This document shows, piece by piece, positions 27,843-38,352 of a stretch of DNA of 64,000 bases. The stretch covers positions 2,345 through 66,344 of IMG/VR virus record IMGVR_UViG_3300010359_000001; one strand, given 5' to 3'. The stretch comes from a virus. Taxonomy: Duplodnaviria > Caudoviricetes. Position 1 is the first letter of the stretch; each line of letters begins with the position of its first letter. The position numbers were made by a program, and so were the translations under genes. Under the pieces are notes generated by a model. The model was given only the letters and a program-made list of their open reading frames with translations. It searched no databases and was not told the DNA's origin.

Positions 27843-30326
27843 ATGACCACAGTAGTGATCGATGGTGGAGCTGATGTTATTGCCCTGCCTGTTGTGCCCG
27901 TTGTGCCTAAGCATCAGTATGCCAATTGCGATGGATGCCCACTGTACGAGCATGGTAAATACGTACCCAGTACGTTCCCTACTAAGTCGTGTAGTGGCGG
28001 CAAGCAGTTAGCATTCGTGGGGGAGGCACCTGGTAAGGATGAGGTGAGGAAGGGCCGTGCATTCATCGGTATTAGTGGCAAGGTGTTGGATGGTACATTA
28101 AATCATTTAGGTATCGACCGGCAAGAGGCATTGATTACTAACGCTAGTGCATGTTCCTACTCAAAGGGTAAGGGTCCCGGCCAGTTTGAGAAACTGCCAC
28201 CGGCGGCCGTTGAACACTGTCGATCTAGACTCTTGTACGAATTAGAGCAATCTGGAGTGCAGACAGCAGTTACACTCGGAGCACATGGACTAAGGTCGCT
28301 GATAGATACAAAAGTTGGCATCACACTGGCACGTGCAGGTGGCCCACGCCCTAGTACATATATGCCGAATATATCAGTGGTGCCCACCTTTCACCCGGCC
28401 TATGCACTGCGAAATCACAGCGTGTTCCAGTTCATTGTCAGTGATATTGCAAAGGTACACAACTGGAAATTTGACCTATGGAAGGACGTCAAATACCGCA
28501 TCATCGAGACCGATATTGCAGCGGCACAGGAGATACACAGACTGTGGTACACGACAAAAGAGGCAATTGTCTGCGACACTGAATCGGGTGACGACAAAGA
28601 CGATACGTTCGGTGGCGCTATTAAGGACTTACTTTGCATCGGCATTAAGGACGCCAATAATGATGAGGTACTGATATTTCCCAGGCACGTATTCACTGAG
28701 AATGTGCGTCGTGTCATGGGTAAGCTGTTCATGCGGAATGGATTGGATGGTCAGCATCTAAAGTATGATATCTGCCGAGTGCTCAACGTATTCCTGGGTG
28801 TCGACTCGTTGCTGGATATTAAGATCGTGCGCGATCGAATGTTGGAGAGCTATTCACTACGTGAGGTCTCAGGTGTTCACGGCCTCGGCTATATGGGAAT
28901 GGAATACTTAGGTGCACCTGATTGGAAACCGTGGTCGAAAAAATCCATGGAGGAAGGTCGGGCACGGGCAAAGTGCGAAGCTAAGGCCAACGGTGAGAAG
29001 TTGGGTGATCGGTTCAATGGGCTGAACTATGCCTGGATAGATCCGGATGTACTACACAAATACAATGCCTACGACGTGGCAGTAACGGACAGGCTAAGGT
29101 CGTACTTCGAGCCGAGGATATCAGCAGTGCCTGGATTGCCAGAGCTGAATAGTCACCTAGTTGACATAGCTAACATGTTGATACATGTTGAGCAACGCGG
29201 TATGCTAATTGACCTCGATTACAATGCACAGCTAGAGATAGAGCTGCGTAGCAACCTGGAGAACATCGACTTCGGCAGCGGCATTGGGGTATTCAATCCC
29301 AACTCGCCAATCCAGGTAAAAGCACTATTGGAAACTCTGGGTATCAGCATTGACAATACTAGGCGCACGACGCTAGATGAACTGGTCAAGTTATATAATC
29401 TAACTGGTACCCGCGATGACATTGTAGATTTCTGTGAGACTCTGATCGAATTCCGTGGCGATAGCAAGATGCTTAGCACGTACGTAGTTGGTTTGCGTAA
29501 TACCCTGATTGACGGCGTAGCGCATCCTGATTATGGAATGCTGAGCACTACTGGACGGTTGAAGGCACGTAACCCAAATTCTCAGAACACACCACAGGGT
29601 AGCAAGTTCAGGAGGCAGTACGTAGCTAGGCCAGGTAAGGTGCTCATTCAGTCAGACTACAAACAGGCTGAATTGCGCGTGATGTGCTGGCTTGCCAAGG
29701 ACGGCACGCTTAGACAGATCTTCTCATCACCAGGCGACATATTCTGGGATATGTGCCTGATGGTGTATAACGGGTATGAATCGTGGGATGGCGAGCAGCG
29801 GGAAAACGGACGTAAGTTAGTAAAGACTATTGCATACGGGACGGCATATAATAGAGGTGCATCAGCCATTGCGGCGGCATTCGGTATCTCTATTGCGGAG
29901 GCAAAGCGGATACAGGCATCATTCAACGCCAAGATTCCGGATGTCATCCGGTACCGAGATGAGATCATGGACATTGCCTGTAACTGCGGTGACCTCGTTA
30001 CGTCATTCGGCCGTAGGCGCAGGTTCAGGCTAGTCACTGACCAGAACTGGCATGACGTGCGAAATGAGGCAGCTGCCCATATGCCACAATCGGAGGCCAA
30101 TGATATCTGTCTGCTGAGTGCGATTCGACTGGACAGAGCTGGGCTGCCGATCGTAAACCTCATTCACGACGCTATCATTGCCGAAGTAGACATTGCCGAC
30201 GAGGAAGAGGCAAAGCAACTCATGAGAGAGGTTATGGTCGGTACTGCCGAGGAACGTACAGAAGGATACGTATCGTGGGCAGTTGATATCGCAGTTGCCA
30301 AGTCATACGGAGATTTCAAAAAGTAA
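27843..30326 (+). CDS. polA: Family A DNA polymerase with N-terminal family-4 uracil-DNA glycosylase domain (SPO1-like fusion)
   Basis: CDGCPL..VGEAPG..FIG..GK.L..TNA..C..TFHPAY (UDG); CDTES and YNAYDV (3'-5' exonuclease); DYKQAELR, KTIAYG..Y and IHDA (polymerase motifs A, B, C). Confidence 0.9.
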   Translation: MTTVVIDGGADVIALPVVPVVPKHQYANCDGCPLYEHGKYVPSTFPTKSCSGGKQLAFVGEAPGKDEVRKGRAFIGISGKVLDGTLNHLGIDRQEALITNASACSYSKGKGPGQFEKLPPAAVEHCRSRLLYELEQSGVQTAVTLGAHGLRSLIDTKVGITLARAGGPRPSTYMPNISVVPTFHPAYALRNHSVFQFIVSDIAKVHNWKFDLWKDVKYRIIETDIAAAQEIHRLWYTTKEAIVCDTESGDDKDDTFGGAIKDLLCIGIKDANNDEVLIFPRHVFTENVRRVMGKLFMRNGLDGQHLKYDICRVLNVFLGVDSLLDIKIVRDRMLESYSLREVSGVHGLGYMGMEYLGAPDWKPWSKKSMEEGRARAKCEAKANGEKLGDRFNGLNYAWIDPDVLHKYNAYDVAVTDRLRSYFEPRISAVPGLPELNSHLVDIANMLIHVEQRGMLIDLDYNAQLEIELRSNLENIDFGSGIGVFNPNSPIQVKALLETLGISIDNTRRTTLDELVKLYNLTGTRDDIVDFCETLIEFRGDSKMLSTYVVGLRNTLIDGVAHPDYGMLSTTGRLKARNPNSQNTPQGSKFRRQYVARPGKVLIQSDYKQAELRVMCWLAKDGTLRQIFSSPGDIFWDMCLMVYNGYESWDGEQRENGRKLVKTIAYGTAYNRGASAIAAAFGISIAEAKRIQASFNAKIPDVIRYRDEIMDIACNCGDLVTSFGRRRRFRLVTDQNWHDVRNEAAAHMPQSEANDICLLSAIRLDRAGLPIVNLIHDAIIAEVDIADEEEAKQLMREVMVGTAEERTEGYVSWAVDIAVAKSYGDFKK

Positions 30327-30669
30327 CCAGATTGGAAGTGATCGTGTCTATAGTGTTCGTCGAGGATGCAGAGGCATTGCCGTGGTGTCTGTGCACCGAA
30401 GCCAAAAAGCCACCGCTAGGCTGGACACTGGACGTCGAGTCAGGCGAGTATGTGTGCAGTGCATGCTGTAAGCTGTCGCGTGCCAATTGGGAGAGGTTAC
30501 ATTGTGACTAAGAACCGCATCAATGTAGATCTGTCCGTCGAAGACGGTAACGTTAGTACCGAACTGCAACAGCATCACCTGATTTTCTATTTCAATTACA
30601 TAAATCGGGCAGTCGCGTTTGCGAGAGTCGATGTTATTAAACTGCGAGACGCTATCAATGAATGGCTGA

Positions 30670-31341
30670 TTGATGACGATGCCAAAGGATTATAACCGTA
30701 TGGTTACCCTGCAGTTGGGGGTAATCGATGGTGTGCCGGATATCTTTACATTGGACCCGGGAGAGACTAGTGGGTGGGCTTACTATTCGAGCGTAAGCGG
30801 TAAAGTCGAGTGCGGGCAGCTGGGGCCGAAGGTTCACCACAATGAGCTATTGACACTGATTGAATATTATCTGGCGTTGAGTGTCGACAATAGATTAGAG
30901 CTAGTATTCGAGACATTTGAGTTTCGGCAGAATGAGGACGTATTACGGCGTGCGTTGCGCAAATTCATTGCCGAGCTACGCACCGGTGAGAAGAGGTCCC
31001 TAAAAGGGATCATTGATCGACTGGCTGTCATCGCTGAAATGTGGCCCAGCCGTGACCGACTGGTATTGGACTCTCGCGAGTACATAGGCGTAGCGTTCCT
31101 GGCAACACAGCGCAATGTCGGCGTGTCGTTAGTGCAGCAGAGTCCATCTGAGGCACTGAGTTTCATCGGAGATCAAAAACTAGAGGCACTGGGGTGGTAC
31201 TACTTGACGGCTGGCCTACCGCACGCTAGGGACGCTCTGAGGCATTTACAACGACGGCTGGTAGTGGGTCACAAGGTAAAGGCTCCTATCACCACGGCGT
31301 GGTTTAGGACAGGGCCGAAAATCACGTTCGTAAATGAGTGA
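30670..31341 (+). CDS. RuvC-like Holliday junction resolvase
   Basis: TLDPGETSGWA, VFETF and HARDALRH motifs. Confidence 0.7.
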   Translation: MMTMPKDYNRMVTLQLGVIDGVPDIFTLDPGETSGWAYYSSVSGKVECGQLGPKVHHNELLTLIEYYLALSVDNRLELVFETFEFRQNEDVLRRALRKFIAELRTGEKRSLKGIIDRLAVIAEMWPSRDRLVLDSREYIGVAFLATQRNVGVSLVQQSPSEALSFIGDQKLEALGWYYLTAGLPHARDALRHLQRRLVVGHKVKAPITTAWFRTGPKITFVNE

Positions 31342-31460
31342 GTTATTCAAGATGTTGGCAATGAGTCATCGTGTATGCACATATGCCTGTTAACTACCTG
31401 GCTACATGGCAAACACTAACTATGCCGAGTCGTGTGTAAGTATTGTGATAGCATCTGTAT

Positions 31461-32207
31461 TTGTATTGCTCGTGGCTACTGGGTAGGGGCCGTTTGACAG
31501 TACTGCCGTTGTACTGTATCGTAGTGAGTATGGGTATCGAAGATCGGGTTTTAGAACTAATAGTCGCTGCGAATACACCAGTGACAATTCAGAGGTCGTT
31601 AGATATACGACCTGACCAGTATTACAGTGCCTTGGATTCATTGATGGAATCCGGCATTCTGTCACGATACGGGAATTTACCAGTCGAGGCTACAACGGAA
31701 TTGTGTCCTCCAATGGAATCTATCGGACTGTTTGCCGAAGTGTTCGCCGACGCTGGGTGGTCAAAGCGAATCACTGACAGCTTACGTTCATTATGCGGGC
31801 GGTACGGATGGGTCGAACCACCAATTACCGATTCGAGGTACACCAGGACTAGATGGACAGGACATTCGTATCGTCGTGTGGATTTCGTATCCCGCCGTGG
31901 AAATGATATAGGTATTGCAGTTATGGTAGTAGGTGCATTACTACCAAGGATAGACAAACAGCCATGGCAACGGTCCGTACCGAAATTCCGTGTAGTGTAT
32001 ATAGAGAGCCCAGATCTAAAGTTGCAAACGTCCCTAGTATGGGAGCGTGAGCGGGTGGTGCCGCCTAGTGTAATTTTCGATGCGTTGCAGTCCGTTTACT
32101 CAGGTGGCATCGACAGTGCACTACTAGAAGACACGACACTCTGTGTCGCGTGGGTATGTGAATCTCGGGCATTACTGGCAACAAAAGTTGGAGGGGGAAG
32201 TGACTAA
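31461..32207 (+). CDS. Hypothetical protein, possible N-terminal HTH
   Basis: 248 aa ORF; true start probably near 31530. Confidence 0.45.
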   Translation: MYCSWLLGRGRLTVLPLYCIVVSMGIEDRVLELIVAANTPVTIQRSLDIRPDQYYSALDSLMESGILSRYGNLPVEATTELCPPMESIGLFAEVFADAGWSKRITDSLRSLCGRYGWVEPPITDSRYTRTRWTGHSYRRVDFVSRRGNDIGIAVMVVGALLPRIDKQPWQRSVPKFRVVYIESPDLKLQTSLVWERERVVPPSVIFDALQSVYSGGIDSALLEDTTLCVAWVCESRALLATKVGGGSD

Positions 32208-32208
32208 T

Positions 32209-32925
32209 ATGCGAGCGCGCACCCAGCAGGTAGCCGCTACTATTGCCGTATTGACTGCCACGGTTATATTGTCTGCTGGGTGTGATAAAGATGGTGACGG
32301 CATCGACGATCGGACCGGTAAACCAGTAGCCGTCTCTGCACATACCGATACCGATACTGGGAGTCCTGGAGGATGTGACCCCCAAGGTTGGGGTCCGTTG
32401 TCTGGGTGCGGCAATACCACCAATCCTACTAGCAATGACACGGACACCAGCAATACCGGAGGCTGTGACCCTAATGGCTGGGGTCCACTATCCGGATGCG
32501 GTGGCAGTGATACTCATTCATCAGGTAGTGCCGAGAACGATCCATTACCGAGGTATTTATACCGGCGTGCGAGGCATGAGGGCGGACACAAACGGTGTGC
32601 AGAGCATTACGGGATGAATGTCTACTCTGTGTGGCTGCACAGTAATGGCGAGGGACGTACCAATATATTTGCATGGAGGCTACAGGACCCACAGCAGAGG
32701 CTAGTAGTATTGTACTGCGGTGCCGAGGCCGCCGGTACCAGTGAAGGAACCATAGGAGAATTGACAGACGGCGCTCCTAGCGACAACGAGCAAGAAAATG
32801 ACATACTCAGTAAGTACGATGTAGACGACAGTGCAGCTCAGGAATCGGCACGGCAAATAGTGTCGGCCGGGTCGGCACAGATTGACAGAGACGCACGCAC
32901 CATTCTAAAGAATGGCGGTATGTAA
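32209..32925 (+). CDS. Lipoprotein with tandem GGCDPxGWGPLSGCG repeats
   Basis: Signal peptide with lipobox LSAG-C; two 15-aa repeats. Confidence 0.7.
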   Translation: MRARTQQVAATIAVLTATVILSAGCDKDGDGIDDRTGKPVAVSAHTDTDTGSPGGCDPQGWGPLSGCGNTTNPTSNDTDTSNTGGCDPNGWGPLSGCGGSDTHSSGSAENDPLPRYLYRRARHEGGHKRCAEHYGMNVYSVWLHSNGEGRTNIFAWRLQDPQQRLVVLYCGAEAAGTSEGTIGELTDGAPSDNEQENDILSKYDVDDSAAQESARQIVSAGSAQIDRDARTILKNGGM

Positions 32926-33811
32926 AATGGTTGTGTGGAGGGGCGTAAATCAATGTTGACCAGTGACCTGCTAATCCTAGTGGCACTGATTGTCTGTATC
33001 ATCATGCTTGTCTTATATTCAATACCAACAACCAAGCGATGGATCAACGATTGGATATTTGATGGTAATCTACCGTGGAACAAACGATAATGGAGAAATC
33101 ACAATGGATAAGATAACCCGACCTCCCTTGCCGCCACGGTGGGCACTGATGTATAGGCTACGCTGCCTAGTGACAGAGGCCGGGATACCTGACCGCTATC
33201 GGTGGGCGCGCAACCTGATACAGCGGCCGATTACCTCATTCAGGCAATTGAGCAGCGAGGAAATCGAGTGGCTGATTGCATGGCTGGTAATAGAGGGCAA
33301 AGAGCCTAAGCCGTGCCGGGCACAATACTCCGAACGGTACTGCATTCATAACTGGCCTAGTCACCCACTAATGTGCACAGATATCCTTGGCAATGAATGG
33401 CTAGCGAGGGAGATATGAAAATGGGATCTAACGAAGCATTGACCGACTACTTGATTTCTAATGATTCGGCGTTTGTCTCGCTGTTACTAGATCATGACGG
33501 CGAATTCGTGTGCAGGATAGAGGGAGTTACTGGAGGGCCGTTCGAGGGAACGGGTAAGACTGTCGAGGAGGCGCAATCAAATATACTTACAGTGATACAC
33601 TAGTGACGATGAGTGGTGAGAAGACATGTCAATAGCTCTACCGTTGATAAGGACAGTGCAGGAGATACTAACGTTCACATTACATATACTGAATCAGTGC
33701 AACTAGCGGTAGTGCCGTAACTGATGCACGTAACACCGTGGTAACTGCCGTTAAGAACCAGGCAGCTACGATGCTAGCCAAGGCACTCAAAGAGGGTTTG
33801 CGAGACTGACT

Positions 33812-34138
33812 ATGATAATCGACGATGATGATGAGTACCCGACAGTGGGCGACCTATTGTATCAAGATGAGGTTTGGGGTCGACCTGGTGAGCGTGTTCG
33901 CCTAGTAGATATGACTCCATCGCACGTCGATAACCTCGTCAATTGGCTGTACATGAACGCCGAATCATTGAAATTTGCCGAGGAATGTGTGATGTTGATC
34001 TGCCCGGAGCCACGAGGGGAAGCGGCTGCCGACATGGTAAATGCAGCATTTAGTACATTGCTGGCACAGAGTGCGACCGAATGGATAGACGAGACACCAC
34101 TGATGATACAGTTAAAAGACATACAGGCAAAAAGGTAG
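33812..34138 (+). CDS. Hypothetical phage protein
   Basis: 108 aa, VRLVDMTPSHVDNLVNWL motif. Confidence 0.55.
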   Translation: MIIDDDDEYPTVGDLLYQDEVWGRPGERVRLVDMTPSHVDNLVNWLYMNAESLKFAEECVMLICPEPRGEAAADMVNAAFSTLLAQSATEWIDETPLMIQLKDIQAKR

Positions 34139-34142
34139 GTCA

Positions 34143-34496
34143 GTGGCAGTGGATGATGATCGGGAATTAGTAGAGCAAGCGTTGCATGCTGCCGATGGTG
34201 GGAGTGCTGGACATTGGCCGACCGTCGCTGGAATTCTGGCCGACGAGGTCAGGCGGTTACGCACGATTGTGTCTGTCGATCCGGCCAGAAGTTATGTAGT
34301 TGTCAGCATTGCCAATAACGGCGTCGTGCACGCTTGGGGTACGGATAATGGGGAACCGTTCGACGGCAGGAATAGTGCCGGTAAGCTAGCCCGTAAATTG
34401 CGCCGGTTGGATGAGGAGGGGGGTCAGAATCCAGCAGACGTAGGATTGAGCGTCTGTAAGATTCTTGGAAAGCCACCGGAGATACCCAGTAAATGA
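34143..34496 (+). CDS. Hypothetical protein
   Basis: 117 aa in a tightly packed run of small genes. Confidence 0.5.
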   Translation: MAVDDDRELVEQALHAADGGSAGHWPTVAGILADEVRRLRTIVSVDPARSYVVVSIANNGVVHAWGTDNGEPFDGRNSAGKLARKLRRLDEEGGQNPADVGLSVCKILGKPPEIPSK

Positions 34497-34908
34497 AAGG
34501 ATGACTATGGTGGCAATACTTGGAGTCCCTAACCCGGACAATGCCAGGCCGTGCCCGAATGGGTGCGGAGTGCCAGTGAATGAAATGAAGACACCATCCG
34601 GCACGCAGACCATCCACACGGGGACGTACCGGAATGACTGCACACCGAGGCGCGAGGAGAACACGATAATTCATTGATGATGGTGGGTTGCTGTGGGAGA
34701 AGGTGACTATGGTGAGCAGTTCATTGGCTGACCACCTACGGAGAGATTTGCACGATGACGATGTGGACGACGATCATCTGGTAACCGCACTAGTTGACGT
34801 TCCACTGCTCAATGGCGGAATGCGGCTTACGGTGAACGAGGCAATGAGAATCATATACGAACTGTCGTATTTCGTAGAGGAACACGACAGGACTAAAAGA
34901 CAGGTCAC

Positions 34909-35166
34909 ATGAGGACGTCTATCACCGTTACATTCCAGACTACAAAGAAACTACCGCAGTCAGCGGTAACTAGGCTGTGGGAATACGGGAGGGTGCGACA
35001 ATTCTCTGGACGTGCAAAGCAATATGAGCTGATTGCACTGGACAGAGAGCACGACAACCCGGTCGATGTGGTTTCGTACTACACGAGAAGGATAGGGGAA
35101 ATAATCGAGTCTCATGAGATACAGTTCCGAGAGGTCATAGTCAAAGCAGAGATGAGCTACCTATAA
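34909..35166 (+). CDS. Hypothetical protein
   Basis: 85 aa, ATGA overlap with the upstream ORF. Confidence 0.5.
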   Translation: MRTSITVTFQTTKKLPQSAVTRLWEYGRVRQFSGRAKQYELIALDREHDNPVDVVSYYTRRIGEIIESHEIQFREVIVKAEMSYL

Positions 35167-35403
35167 GGTTTCGGTTTCGTTCCCAGGTTTAGGGGTCCGT
35201 AACGTTTATGGGACACTGTACGATATCACAGGTGAGTGAAGGGAGGTGATACACATGGCAAACCACAAGCCGATTTCGCGATGGACGGATGACGAGAAAC
35301 GTGCAGCCGTGAAACGTGCATTCGTCGCGACCGCAAGGCCAGATCCAAGGCACACTCCTTCCGGCACCACACACGGCGATGGCTTACCACCAGTACCAAG
35401 CCA

Positions 35404-35472
35404 GAGACGCAACTAATAGTCCACCCTTCACAACTAAATACCCCTCCAACGATAGAAAATCGGACCCTATGC
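35404..35472. repeat. 69-bp inverted repeat, right copy
   Basis: Exact reverse complement of 13874-13942. Confidence 0.9.
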
Positions 35473-35492
35473 TAGGTAGGGTCCGATTTTCT
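35454..35492. terminator. Bidirectional hairpin terminator between convergent genes
   Basis: AGAAAATCGGACCCTA / TAGGGTCCGATTTTCT stem. Confidence 0.7.
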
Positions 35493-35518
35493 GCCTGGAC
35501 TGATTGTGCCATACGTAC

Positions 35519-36340
35519 CTATTGTGTCATACGGGACCTGACCATGTCTAGGGTTTCCTCTGGCGTGGCCGCATACTGAGATAGGATAGTCCACCGATTA
35601 TCTGCGTGAGCCACTTCATCCGGTTCATGAGTGAGAGATCCCCCATGTACTGTGTCGGCCCACAGAGTGTTAGGAAATTCGTCGAACTTCATGACTGTGA
35701 ACCCTGCATAGGATGGATGCGGGCCGGAACCAGTAGGAATGGCTCGCAGTACCAGTGACGGGTGAGTAGACTGGTGTTGAATGAATTCCAACTGACCTGG
35801 TACGGTTGCTGCCCTGTCAAGTGCGGCTTCGGTAATTATCACCGTGGTATATGGTGGATTGTCGAGGTCGAGGAAACGATGCTGCCGATCGATTCCAGCA
35901 AGTGTCAGCCGTTCGATTTCCTCACCAGTACTCCCCGACATTCTGTGCTGACGCATCATGTATTCTTTGTTCTGCCACAGTTTCGGGATTTGGTCGATTT
36001 GCAACCCATATGCTTCTGTAGCTTCTTTTTCTAGTTCATGTACTAGCATTACATGTGGGTGCAGTGTTGGATGATCCCGGACCAGACCGGCATCACCATT
36101 TGCCACTTGCTGTCGTAAATCCTCCATTCTTTGTGCCAACTCTGTTCGGTTGTAGGCGGTACTGACCAATCCGGTTAATTCCAGTCTACCAATCTTACGA
36201 GTACCGGATTCAATCATGAACAGTTTGGAAGTCGAGCACGTCAAGTACTTCTCGACTACCTGACGACCTTTCAATCCACAAGCCTCCCGCATCTGCCGAA
36301 GGCGTAATCCCAAGATCATTGACGCACCGGTTGCTTCCAC
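35519..36340 (-). CDS. XRE-family regulator with C-terminal DUF5753-like domain
   Basis: LGLRLRQMREACGL...SKLFMIESG, then LELEKEA..QIPKLWQ.EY..IITEAAL..FTVMKF pattern of the actinomycete XRE/DUF5753 family. Confidence 0.85.
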   Translation of the reverse strand: MEATGASMILGLRLRQMREACGLKGRQVVEKYLTCSTSKLFMIESGTRKIGRLELTGLVSTAYNRTELAQRMEDLRQQVANGDAGLVRDHPTLHPHVMLVHELEKEATEAYGLQIDQIPKLWQNKEYMMRQHRMSGSTGEEIERLTLAGIDRQHRFLDLDNPPYTTVIITEAALDRAATVPGQLEFIQHQSTHPSLVLRAIPTGSGPHPSYAGFTVMKFDEFPNTLWADTVHGGSLTHEPDEVAHADNRWTILSQYAATPEETLDMVRSRMTQ

Positions 36341-36394
36341 CGTACTGCCTCCAGTTGTATGTTTCGCATCCCCCTGTCATAGGTTACAGTAGAG

Positions 36395-36409
36395 CCTGTG
36401 AGAGTCACA
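36395..36409. promoter_or_regulatory. Putative operator, copy 2
   Basis: CTGTGAGAGTCACAC in the 108-bp divergent intergenic region. Confidence 0.55.
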
Positions 36410-36448
36410 CGGGTTATCACTGGATAGATTCACAGGGAAGGTAGGCCG

Positions 36449-38344
36449 ATGGCGAGTGCAGTGGGGAAGGCAACTGGTCCCAGCACCAATGGTATTGGTC
36501 CCGATACGACTGGTACGGCTAGCGGTAATAAGGGATCGTTGTTTGATACTGTGGGTACGGATAATAATGGCACTGCAAATACTGCAAACACTAGTGGAGT
36601 ACTAGGCGGCAAGCCTAATACAGATGGCAGCAAGGTCACTGCCATGAAATCCGATGGTATTAGCCCGCTGACTGCCCTAGGACCTATCATTGTAATCCTA
36701 TTGGTAGTCGGTGCTGTAATTCTGTGGCACGTTAACCACACAGCAGCCATCATCATCGGCCTAGTCGGACTGGTATTGCTGGCGATGTGGTTGCTGGGTC
36801 GTAGGAACAAAAATAGGCGAGCTAGGCACAATCAGCGTGGTACACACCGTGCACATAATCAGCATGGTGGGCCGCCGCACCTTAACCGCCAGTCATTTGG
36901 TGATCGGTGGAGAAGTCGTCGTGCGTCGAGGAACTTAAGTGGTGCACACGAGCCACGCAGCTGGCGCGGTGGTGGGTACGGTAATAGCTCACATGGCAAT
37001 CGTAATCCGTGGTGGCGCCGTGGTCGGCACAATCCACTGAACCATAATCGTAAGAATAGAGGCATGCGCGGTCCTGAGAGCAACGGACACGGTCAATCCC
37101 GGTATGGTGGGCAAGGCCGCACGGATGGACACGACAGAGGTCGTAGAGGAAGATTCTGGAACCCGTTTAGGCGTAGGCATCGGCACGGAGGTAATAGCGG
37201 TCACGGGCCGGACGGTCATGGCGGCTCGCGAGGTGGGCACGGTGGTAGGCGTAATAATGACAGCCATGGTGGTGGCAGATATCGTCCATGGCGGAATGGG
37301 GGGCATAATGATGGAAACGGTCACGGTGGTTACGGAGGTACGCACGGCGGTAGGGGTCATCACAGTAGGCCCGGCAGGAAACCGCGTAGGTGGTATGCCC
37401 CATGGCGTGGTCGTAGTAATCACGGTAGTAGTGGCAACCACTACAACGGTCACAGTGGGAGCGGCGGGTCAGGTGGAGGTCACGGTCACGGTCGACGTTT
37501 CGATAGAACTAGACGCTTATTCGGTCGGTTATGGAATTACCAGCACCACGATCCGGACGAACCACATGCCAACCGGAACAATAGCGAGTGGTATGACGAC
37601 CCGAACCGGCGCAGCCGCTATAGGGACTGGTGGAATATCAGACGGACCCGTAGCCAACGGGAAAACGTCGACTATGCAGGTTTCGCCGTAGGCGAGGACG
37701 GGACAGCAAATCCACGGTATAGCAAGTGGCGGGAATGGAGAAACGGAGCACGTGCGAGGAATTGGTACGGATTCTGGCCATGGGGTAGTAATGGCAGGCT
37801 CAGGGCAGAGGCAACCAGACTATATCCTGATGATGGACCGTCGACACCGAGTAGCACAGCCATCGGTAGGAATGTCACCAGTCTCGGCCCGAGCACGCAG
37901 CAATTCACCATCGACCCGGTCACATCGATTCCTAACACTAGTTCGGCGGTAGCAGTACCAGTAGATAAAAGAGGAGGAGCAGGAATGGCTCACTATGAGA
38001 CTGCCAATGGCATATACGGCGAACAACATGCAAGGGGGAACAACGGTAGCTCCGCTGTTCAGCGGTATAGTGGTCAGGCAGCACCGGCAGCTACCGGTAG
38101 GCCAGCAGCAGCATCGTACGTATACGGTGCTAGTGGAACACAGCGGTCAGGAATTCGCCACATGGGCCTGGCAATCAGGTTCCGGGCATGGGCGCGTGCT
38201 CTTATCAATGCCAATGATGGAGATATGACACCAGCAGCTGAACAATACCTGGCACGAGCGGCCTATTGCGATGCGGTGGCAGAGAATCGAGCGCAGTTGA
38301 CAGCGCAGCAAATGGGGGACGCTGCCAACGAGAGCGGACGTTAA
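36449..38344 (+). CDS. Membrane-anchored protein with long Gly/Arg/His/Asn/Trp low-complexity region
   Basis: Two TM helices at about aa 75-115, then about 350 aa of GHG/RGG/RW-rich sequence. Confidence 0.75.
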   Translation: MASAVGKATGPSTNGIGPDTTGTASGNKGSLFDTVGTDNNGTANTANTSGVLGGKPNTDGSKVTAMKSDGISPLTALGPIIVILLVVGAVILWHVNHTAAIIIGLVGLVLLAMWLLGRRNKNRRARHNQRGTHRAHNQHGGPPHLNRQSFGDRWRSRRASRNLSGAHEPRSWRGGGYGNSSHGNRNPWWRRGRHNPLNHNRKNRGMRGPESNGHGQSRYGGQGRTDGHDRGRRGRFWNPFRRRHRHGGNSGHGPDGHGGSRGGHGGRRNNDSHGGGRYRPWRNGGHNDGNGHGGYGGTHGGRGHHSRPGRKPRRWYAPWRGRSNHGSSGNHYNGHSGSGGSGGGHGHGRRFDRTRRLFGRLWNYQHHDPDEPHANRNNSEWYDDPNRRSRYRDWWNIRRTRSQRENVDYAGFAVGEDGTANPRYSKWREWRNGARARNWYGFWPWGSNGRLRAEATRLYPDDGPSTPSSTAIGRNVTSLGPSTQQFTIDPVTSIPNTSSAVAVPVDKRGGAGMAHYETANGIYGEQHARGNNGSSAVQRYSGQAAPAATGRPAAASYVYGASGTQRSGIRHMGLAIRFRAWARALINANDGDMTPAAEQYLARAAYCDAVAENRAQLTAQQMGDAANESGR

Positions 38345-38352
38345 GGGAGTGA

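Noticed and set aside
37104-37691. 195-aa Val/Thr-rich ORF in another frame of the Gly-rich gene, plus antisense ORFs there
   Set aside because: An expected by-product of low-complexity GGT/CAC codon repeats; no independent start signal.
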